Part shown: positions 14,432 through 21,689 of the stretch, piece after piece
Position numbering within the stretch: position 1 is the stretch's first letter
Layout of the letters: each line of letters starts with the position of its first letter
Assembly (NCBI GenBank): GCA_043810925.1
Contig: JBDRNT010000071.1
Span: 1-31,401, forward strand
Length of the DNA: 31,401 bases
DNA from: Candidatus Eiseniibacteriota bacterium
Lineage (GTDB): Bacteria > Arandabacterota > Arandabacteria > Arandabacterales > Arandabacteraceae
Direction: 5' to 3'
Notes under the pieces: generated by a model
The model's input: the letters and a program-made list of their open reading frames with translations, nothing else
Database searches by the model: none
Told to the model about the DNA's origin: nothing
Position numbers and translations under genes: made by a program

Positions 14432-15061
14432 ATGCGAACAGCGGTTGTGATGATAGCGGCGGTTCTGCTGCTTGCCGGCGCCGCGGCGGCGCAGGTACAC
14501 TATGAGTTCCATTGCGCCGGTACAGGTAATATGGCTGCCGTCAGCCCGCCCGTGTATTCAGGTGGGATTGACGGCGGCGATCTTGCTCCCGGAACCTGGG
14601 AGATGGAAGTGGTGGAAGATGGCTTTTGGCCGGGCGTTGGCGACCCTGTTGCCCGCTGGGCATACATCTGGACGACCTACTATGTGTACGATCCGGGTCC
14701 CCAGATTTGGACAGGTGTTTTCGATTGCGCACTCTTTCTAGAGCGAACCGGCCAGGGTACGATGACCGGTGTCAACGATCTCACCTTTCAGATAATCGAC
14801 ATGGACGGCGACGGTCAGCTGGATCCCGGCGAATGCATGGACGGTATGTCAGGTGCGGTTATCATCATCCATGACGGTACCGGTATCTATGCCCCCTATT
14901 GCGGAGACGGAACTTACGAAGGCTTCTATTTCCGTGACTGCAGTGAGGGCCCGACCTACATGCTCGACCAGGTCGATTTTAACATGCAGCTTGATCTTGA
15001 GGATTGCGCTATGGCCAATGAGGCTTCGACGTGGGGAGCGGTCAAAGCCTTATTTGAGTAA
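14432..15061 (+). CDS. Secreted hypothetical protein B2 with C-terminal TWGAVKALFE tail
   Basis: SD GGAGGT before the ATG at 14432; signal peptide MRTAVVMIAAVLLLAGAAAA; shares IDGGDLAPGTW, QIIDMDGDG, CGDGTYEGFYFRDC and DQVDFNMQLDLEDCA with B1. Confidence 0.88.
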   Translation: MRTAVVMIAAVLLLAGAAAAQVHYEFHCAGTGNMAAVSPPVYSGGIDGGDLAPGTWEMEVVEDGFWPGVGDPVARWAYIWTTYYVYDPGPQIWTGVFDCALFLERTGQGTMTGVNDLTFQIIDMDGDGQLDPGECMDGMSGAVIIIHDGTGIYAPYCGDGTYEGFYFRDCSEGPTYMLDQVDFNMQLDLEDCAMANEASTWGAVKALFE

Positions 15062-15097
15062 CACTGGCGCCGCGCCGGCAGATCCTCCAAAGGAGAT

Positions 15098-18000
15098 ATG
15101 CGGGCTATGCGCAGCATAACACGCGGGGAATTGAAAACAGGGATGGTAGTAGCCATGCTTGCAGCTACCATCCCTGTATCCGTATGTCTTGCAGGTGACA
15201 CGGCCACAAGGGTTCTGTCTGTGCGTGGCGATGTGATTTCCGAATCGGGACCCGGGCGGCTTTGCGTGCCGGTACCGGAGTGCGGGCACATCGAGGGTGT
15301 ATTCGAGTGCGACGGAAAGCCGCTTGAGGCCAACCTCGTTGAGACCGCGTACATAAGAGATCAGAAAATCGCCCTTTTCGAGTTCGTGGAACCTCCTGCT
15401 GCTTCATCCAGAGTGGATATCAGTCTCAAATTCCAACATACGCGCGGGGAGGTATGCGTCGACGCCGGCCCGCTCACGAGACTGTGCGGCAGGACAATCA
15501 TTGGTTATGACGTGGCACCGTCGCTGGATCTGACTTCCGGACCCGGGACGATTACCCGCTGCCAGAACCTTATCGAGTGCCGGGATGTCCAGCCTGACAT
15601 CCTGCTGATCGGCGGGCATGCTGTCTGGGAAAGTCCCTACCTGGACTCGCTTGCGGGCCTCTGGGCACAGAGGATGGGTCTCAATGCGGCGCTCATCGAC
15701 GTCGCCAGCATATCCGCCTATAGCCCGGTCGACATAAGGGACTTCATCGACGATCTCTACGATCTCGCCTGTGCAGAGCATTTCGGAGACGGGCACCTTG
15801 GATTCGTCGTCCTGGTGGGAGATGCTTATGAAGACGACAATGTGACCAGCATGATCCCGGAGTACGACGGCTACGGGTTGAAGGCTGAGGCCTCCGATCA
15901 CTTCTACGCCTGCATAAGCGGGGATGATGATTTTGAAGACCTGATGATCGGCCGAATACCGGTTGGAAACGAGCAAGAACTGATCAACTACTATCTGAAG
16001 CTGGCCTCCTATAGCCCGCTCCCGCCCGAAGACTGGACCAAGACTTTGCTCTTCGCAGGTGGCACTTTCTTCACGTCGAGAGACGACTACGTTGTCTATT
16101 TCGACAGCATGGCTGCATACGTACCCGAGGATTACGCGGTACCCAGGTATTACAGGCACGATTTTCCTTTCAACTCCGCCGGTGACACAGAGGCCATACA
16201 GGCCATGAAGGATTCCATTAATGCAGGAAAACTGTTCCTGCTCTACAGCGGTGATGGGGATATGTGGAGTTGGGGCCCCAGATACGAGAGGGTCTTCAGA
16301 AGCGCCGACATCGCCGGCCTTTCCAACACCGGGAAACTCCCGATTGTGCTCTCCATCTCTTGCAGCAACGGGTGGTTCGACAACATAACGGAGACATATA
16401 CCGATGGTGGCGTCGACTGTTTCGCTGAGAGAATGGTCCTCGAGGAAGATGCCGGGGCGATAGCCTGCCTGGCTTCATCGCGGGATGCCGACGGAAGCGC
16501 CTCAACAACCATCACACCGGAGATAGTCAAAGCAGCATTCGTGAACGGTTCGACGTTCCTCGGCGAGCTCATGCTGGAAGCGAAGACGCGCCATCTGATT
16601 CACCTGGGTAAGGTGGTTTTCGTACGGCAGTTTAACCTGTTCGGTGACCCCTGTCTCAATTTCGTGCTGAATGAACTCCCGAACGCGGCACCCGATCTTG
16701 TGATGCGCCCTTACGATGCCGAGATCTCACCGGAGTTTCCCACACCGGGAGACCGGATCGACATAAGCGCCGAGGTCTGGAATGCGAGCGGTGTACCTAT
16801 AGATGAGTTTGATGTCACGGTTTACTCGGGTCATCCCGACTCCGGCGGTGTGATTGTCGAGAGTGAAATCCTCACTCTCACTGATTTCTATGCTTGGGAG
16901 AGACGCTCCGTTCACTTCAGCTTCACCGCGGAGGATGCCGGTGACCTGGATATATTCCTGGTCGCCGATGGTTTCGGGAATGTCATAGAGATGGATGAGA
17001 CGAATAACATCGTCGAACTCGCCTCATACGTCTATCCTTGTGAGGCAGGTTTCCCCGTCAAGATAGATGACGATATCGAAGGCCAGGTAATTGCGGACCT
17101 CAACGGTGATGGGAAACCGGATATCCTCGTTTCATCGGGTGGCACGCAGGCCCGTGCAATCGAATTCGACGGTACCACCCTGTGGCGCATCAGCAATATG
17201 GGCCTTCCCCAGTGGTTTGGCGGGGTCGCGCCGTCCGCCTTTGACCTCAATGGCGACGGCACGACCGAAGCGATCCTTACGACCAGGTCAGGAGTTTCTG
17301 TGGTCGAGGGGGCCACCGGGGAGGAGATATGGACACGTTACACGGACTACCCTGTCCTGTCGCCTATAGTCACTGACCTTGATGCCGACGGCTCGTTCGA
17401 AGTGCTTATGGGAACCTTCTCCTTCAGCTTCTCGAGTATCCATGCCTTTGATGCGGCGGGTTCCTACCGCTGGCTCTACTCTGTCCCCGGGTACGGCAAG
17501 AAGCTGGTGGGTATGATTACCTGCGACATTGAGCATGACGGTAGCCAGGAGATAGTCTTTGCTACCGATGCCGGCGATCTGACATGCCTTACCTCCAGCG
17601 TCGACCCACCCGGTATTATGTGGGAGAAATCGATATGCGGAACGGGGTTGTTCTGTCTTGCCGCAGGTGACCTGGAGAGAGACGGAGCAATTGAGCTGAT
17701 CGCGGCATGTCAGGATTCGGTCTACATAATCAACGTGCTTGACGGCGAAACCGAAACTGCCGTAGCTTGTCCCTGCACGCCGACCAGCATTTCGCTTGGG
17801 GACCTGGACGGCGACCGAAGTCTCGAGATCGTCTGCACATCGGAGTGCGGCCGTATTCTTGAAATCGACAACGGGGCCATCGTCCTGGATCTTGATACCG
17901 GGCAGACGGCCGGGTGCGCATCGCTGGCGGACGTCGACCAGGACGGAATCGTCGAGATCATCTTCGCATCCGAAGAAGGCACGGTGAGGGTCTTCAATCC

Positions 18001-19525
18001 TGTCTCTGGCGACGTAATCCCTCCGGTTCCAATGAGAGGACTGTGTCTATCGGGTCCCGGCGTGCAAGATATCGATGGTGACGGCAATATCGAGATAGTG
18101 GCAGGTTCAAGTGACTCACTCCTCTTCATACTCGATCTGGGCACTCAGGGCGGGAGAATCGAGTGGTTCTGTCAGGGATGCACGGGAACCCGGACCGGGC
18201 TTTACGCCCAGCCCCTGTTCGGAACGATATCGGAAGAGCAGACCCTGAGCGGACGGATCGACGTAGTGGGAGACATCATCGTCGAAACCGGCGGCGCCCT
18301 CATTCTGCATCGCGGGACTGATGTCAGGCTCGTGCACGACGACGTCTACCCTGTGGGATCGTCCCCGGGCAATTGTGAGATCATCGTCAGCGGCAGTATC
18401 GTGGCGACAGGGTCCCAGTCGACCCAGATAACATTCAGACCGATCTCGATCCCGTGCGGCAATGATGAATGGGCCGGTATCCGGATTGACTCCAGCGGCA
18501 GTGCCACGATTTCCCATGTGAGCGTTACCGGTGCCGTGACAGGAATCGAGTGTGGGACATCGAGTGCATACATCTCCGAGTGCACGATCAGCAATTGCAT
18601 GCTCGGTATCAAGACCGACGGGTTCGCACCCACGCTTGACCACAACACCATTATCGGAAATAACTACGGAATCTCCGCCAACGGGTCCGATGCCATCATC
18701 GTGGGCAACCTGATAAAGTCCAATCTCTACAACGGCATAATCCTGTCGAATGGTTCCAGCGCCGTACTGAGTAATAACAAGGTCAGCTACACGATACAGG
18801 GCCACGGCGTCTCATGCTACTCGTCGGCCCCGACGTTCCTCGGTGGGGGCAGGTACGAGTTCAACGCGCTGGCCGGGATCTACCTGAGCAGCAGCTCCCC
18901 TTCAATCGATTCGTGCTTCATAGGGTACAATGGCGATTGCGGCATCAAGGCGGCCTACTACTCAGACCCTGTGATCTCCAATACATCGCTGGTCGGGAAC
19001 AACATCGGCGTCGGTGTCTATATCTATGCGCATCCCGTGCTCGGCGATACGATCGCCGGACTCGGCGGCTTCAATGATATCCGCCAGAACACCCAGTATG
19101 CCGTCTACAACAAGACGCAGAATGAGATCATGGCACAGCGGAACTGGTGGGGAACCGTCAACCCCGATCCCGGCGCGTTCTGGGGTCCGATCGACTTCTC
19201 CGGCTGGCTGGATATGTCTCCTGCGGGTATAGGTGGCGTGCCGGATCATCTCGCTCTGATTCAGTCTGTCTATCCCAATCCCTTTACCAGCTCGGTCAAC
19301 GTGCATCTGGCCGTCGGCGAACACCAACTGCCCGTGGATGTGGGTATCTACGATGTCCGGGGAAGGCTTGTCAGGAGGATGCCGACGGTTATGACCTCCG
19401 GTGAGAAGAGACTGGGATGGGATGGAACAGACACTTACGACAGGCCGGTTTCAAGCGGCACATACTTTGTTCAGATAAGATCTCGCACTCAGACTGACAC
19501 CCGCAAAGTGATGCTTCTGCGCTGA
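15098..19525 (+). CDS. C25 (gingipain-like) peptidase-domain protein with CARDB, FG-GAP/VCBS repeats, right-handed beta-helix and FlgD-Ig/T9SS CTD
   Basis: C25 motifs FVVLVGD, SDHFYACISGDD..DLMIGRIP, YSGDG, SISCSNGWFD, GAIA, FNLFGDP. CARDB PDL..EMDETNN. Eight DxxxDG-type repeats; I.SN.YNGI-type helix repeats; NWWG; CTD YPNPF..YDVRGRLVR..WDG..SGTYF..RKVMLLR. SD AAGGAG. Confidence 0.88.
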   Translation: MRAMRSITRGELKTGMVVAMLAATIPVSVCLAGDTATRVLSVRGDVISESGPGRLCVPVPECGHIEGVFECDGKPLEANLVETAYIRDQKIALFEFVEPPAASSRVDISLKFQHTRGEVCVDAGPLTRLCGRTIIGYDVAPSLDLTSGPGTITRCQNLIECRDVQPDILLIGGHAVWESPYLDSLAGLWAQRMGLNAALIDVASISAYSPVDIRDFIDDLYDLACAEHFGDGHLGFVVLVGDAYEDDNVTSMIPEYDGYGLKAEASDHFYACISGDDDFEDLMIGRIPVGNEQELINYYLKLASYSPLPPEDWTKTLLFAGGTFFTSRDDYVVYFDSMAAYVPEDYAVPRYYRHDFPFNSAGDTEAIQAMKDSINAGKLFLLYSGDGDMWSWGPRYERVFRSADIAGLSNTGKLPIVLSISCSNGWFDNITETYTDGGVDCFAERMVLEEDAGAIACLASSRDADGSASTTITPEIVKAAFVNGSTFLGELMLEAKTRHLIHLGKVVFVRQFNLFGDPCLNFVLNELPNAAPDLVMRPYDAEISPEFPTPGDRIDISAEVWNASGVPIDEFDVTVYSGHPDSGGVIVESEILTLTDFYAWERRSVHFSFTAEDAGDLDIFLVADGFGNVIEMDETNNIVELASYVYPCEAGFPVKIDDDIEGQVIADLNGDGKPDILVSSGGTQARAIEFDGTTLWRISNMGLPQWFGGVAPSAFDLNGDGTTEAILTTRSGVSVVEGATGEEIWTRYTDYPVLSPIVTDLDADGSFEVLMGTFSFSFSSIHAFDAAGSYRWLYSVPGYGKKLVGMITCDIEHDGSQEIVFATDAGDLTCLTSSVDPPGIMWEKSICGTGLFCLAAGDLERDGAIELIAACQDSVYIINVLDGETETAVACPCTPTSISLGDLDGDRSLEIVCTSECGRILEIDNGAIVLDLDTGQTAGCASLADVDQDGIVEIIFASEEGTVRVFNPVSGDVIPPVPMRGLCLSGPGVQDIDGDGNIEIVAGSSDSLLFILDLGTQGGRIEWFCQGCTGTRTGLYAQPLFGTISEEQTLSGRIDVVGDIIVETGGALILHRGTDVRLVHDDVYPVGSSPGNCEIIVSGSIVATGSQSTQITFRPISIPCGNDEWAGIRIDSSGSATISHVSVTGAVTGIECGTSSAYISECTISNCMLGIKTDGFAPTLDHNTIIGNNYGISANGSDAIIVGNLIKSNLYNGIILSNGSSAVLSNNKVSYTIQGHGVSCYSSAPTFLGGGRYEFNALAGIYLSSSSPSIDSCFIGYNGDCGIKAAYYSDPVISNTSLVGNNIGVGVYIYAHPVLGDTIAGLGGFNDIRQNTQYAVYNKTQNEIMAQRNWWGTVNPDPGAFWGPIDFSGWLDMSPAGIGGVPDHLALIQSVYPNPFTSSVNVHLAVGEHQLPVDVGIYDVRGRLVRRMPTVMTSGEKRLGWDGTDTYDRPVSSGTYFVQIRSRTQTDTRKVMLLR

Positions 19526-19535
19526 AGCATTTGAC

Positions 19536-21689
19536 CTACGGTACATCACCCTCGAGGATTTCGAGATTGGCATACCTCGCAAGGATCCTCTTAGTAACGT
19601 TCCCGCCGAACTTGACCATCAGCCTCAGCTGCTCCCCGTAGCCCTCGCTCCTCACAACGGTTCCCACGCCCCAATCCGGATGCCTCACCTTCGACCCGAT
19701 ATGGACGATTTTCTCTTCGCCCCAGTCCTCATGGTCCCTGACCGGCCGGCGCTCCTCATGGAACGGTGTCAGCGTCTCTATGAACCCCTCGGGTATGTCT
19801 TCAAGGAATCTCGATCCGACCTGCGGCATCCAACCCTGGAAACCACGCCTGCCAAGAGCGACCGTGAGAAAGACACGTTCCTTCGCCCGTGTCAACCCGA
19901 CGTAGAAGAGCCTTCTTTCCTCCTCGAGCTCTTCCTCGTCTTCAAACGACGTATGGTGTGGTATCAGGCCTTCCTCCACGCCTGCGATGAATACGATCGG
20001 GAATTCGAGGCCCTTGGCATTGTGGAGTGTCATAAGGCTGACTGCTTCCCTGTGGTCGTCCCACATATCGATATCCATGACCAGGGAGACTTCTTCCAGG
20101 AACTTCGCGAGTGTCGGCGTCTCACTCCGCTCCTGAAACTCATAGCCGCCGGCCACGAGTTCCTGTATGTTCTCCAGCCGTGACATCGCCTCTATGGTGG
20201 ACTGCTGCTTAAGATGATTGAGATATCCGGACTTCTCCGCAACCAGACCGATCAATTCTGCGACCGGATGGCTCTCGGAAAGACCTCTGAGCTCGTTCAC
20301 GATATCCCTGAATACCTCCAGCTTCCGCCTGGCCCCCGACTTGAGCGATTCGATCTCGGACACCCTGTCGAGTACCTCCCCGGTCGTCACGCCCTGCCCG
20401 GCGGCGAATTCCTTAAACCGTGAGAATGTGACGTCCCCGATCCCCCTGTTAGGGACATTGATGATCCTCGCAAGGCTCACCGAGTCCTTTGGATTCGATA
20501 TCAGCTTGAGATAGGCGATTATGTCCTTTATCTCCCTTCGCTCGTAGAACTTGAGCCCCCCGACAATCACATACGGTATGGCACTCTTTCTAAGCGCCTC
20601 TTCCAGAGCCCTCGACTGGGCGTTGGTCCTGTAGAGGACCACGAAATCCCCGTGACTTCTGTTCTCTTCCCGGGTGAACTGCTCGACCGCATCGGCGACG
20701 AACCTGCCCTCCTCCTGCTCCCCCGGCACACCGGAGACGACGATCTTCCGGCCGACCGGATTGTCGGTCCACAGCGTCTTGGCTTTCCTCCTCTTGTTAC
20801 GCTGGATCACGGCCTGTGACGCGGCAAGAATGGTTTTTGTCGACCGGTAGGACTGCTCGAGTCTTATCACCTTTGCATCCGTGAAATCCCGCTCGAAGTT
20901 CAGGATGTTCGAGACATCGGCTCCCCGCCACCGGTATATCGACTGGTCGTCGTCGCCGACCGCGCAGATATTCCTGTGAGTGGAGGAAAGCAACCGGACC
21001 AACTCATACTGAGCCTTGTTGGTATCCTGATATTCATCGATCAGGATGTAACGGAATCTGCCCGAGTTCCTTTCTAAGACCTCCGGGTGACTCCGCAGGA
21101 GCCTGACGGGAATAGTGATCAGATCATCGAAATCAAGAGCGTTGCTCATCCTCAGAGCGGCTTCATAGACCGGATAGACGGCGGCGACCTTCTTTTCATA
21201 AGGGCCCAGAGCCTGAGTTGCGTATTCATCCGGTGTGAGCAGACCCGACTTGGCCCAGCTGATCCTCGAGAGAACACCCGACGGTGAGAGCTTGCTCGCA
21301 GACATCCCCAGATCCGTCATCACCTGCTTCACCAGTAGTTTCTGGTCCTGGTCATCATAGATCGTGAAATCGGGCGATATGCCCAGCCTCCTGCCCTCTA
21401 TCCTCAGCAGTCTCGAGCACACTGAATGAAAGGTCCCCATCCACATGCCCGCACTGACATCGCCGACAAGTGTTCTCACCCTGTCGGCCATCTCACCGGC
21501 AGCCTTGTTTGTGAAGGTGACTGCGAGGATCTGATCAGGTCTTGCCCTGGCCCCGCTGAGAAGATGGGCGATCCTGTGTGCCAGGACCCTGGTCTTGCCG
21601 CTGCCCGCGCCGGCCAGCACGAGGAGCGGGCCCTCGGTGTGACCCACGGCCTCTTTCTGTGGTGCATTCAGATCCTGGAAGAGATCCAA
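19536..21689 (-). CDS. pcrA: ATP-dependent DNA helicase UvrD/PcrA
   Basis: LNAPQKEAV, VLAGAGSGKT, AVTFTNKAA, GTFHS, LIDEYQDTN, VGDDDQSIYRWRGA, YRST, LYRTNAQSR, MTLHNAKGLEF, EEERRLFYVGLTRA; C-terminal Tudor-like domain. Confidence 0.95.
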   Translation of the reverse strand: MDLFQDLNAPQKEAVGHTEGPLLVLAGAGSGKTRVLAHRIAHLLSGARARPDQILAVTFTNKAAGEMADRVRTLVGDVSAGMWMGTFHSVCSRLLRIEGRRLGISPDFTIYDDQDQKLLVKQVMTDLGMSASKLSPSGVLSRISWAKSGLLTPDEYATQALGPYEKKVAAVYPVYEAALRMSNALDFDDLITIPVRLLRSHPEVLERNSGRFRYILIDEYQDTNKAQYELVRLLSSTHRNICAVGDDDQSIYRWRGADVSNILNFERDFTDAKVIRLEQSYRSTKTILAASQAVIQRNKRRKAKTLWTDNPVGRKIVVSGVPGEQEEGRFVADAVEQFTREENRSHGDFVVLYRTNAQSRALEEALRKSAIPYVIVGGLKFYERREIKDIIAYLKLISNPKDSVSLARIINVPNRGIGDVTFSRFKEFAAGQGVTTGEVLDRVSEIESLKSGARRKLEVFRDIVNELRGLSESHPVAELIGLVAEKSGYLNHLKQQSTIEAMSRLENIQELVAGGYEFQERSETPTLAKFLEEVSLVMDIDMWDDHREAVSLMTLHNAKGLEFPIVFIAGVEEGLIPHHTSFEDEEELEEERRLFYVGLTRAKERVFLTVALGRRGFQGWMPQVGSRFLEDIPEGFIETLTPFHEERRPVRDHEDWGEEKIVHIGSKVRHPDWGVGTVVRSEGYGEQLRLMVKFGGNVTKRILARYANLEILEGDVP

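Noticed and set aside
11860-15061. Diversity-generating retroelement or cassette-switching locus
   Set aside because: No reverse transcriptase or recombinase is present. Differences between copies are spread throughout and not adenine-specific, consistent with an old duplication.
15404-19327. Antisense and alternate-frame ORFs (e.g. 15404..16159, 18116..18805 and similar ones across the window)
   Set aside because: They are shadows of long, well-supported genes in GC-rich DNA and have no recognisable motifs.
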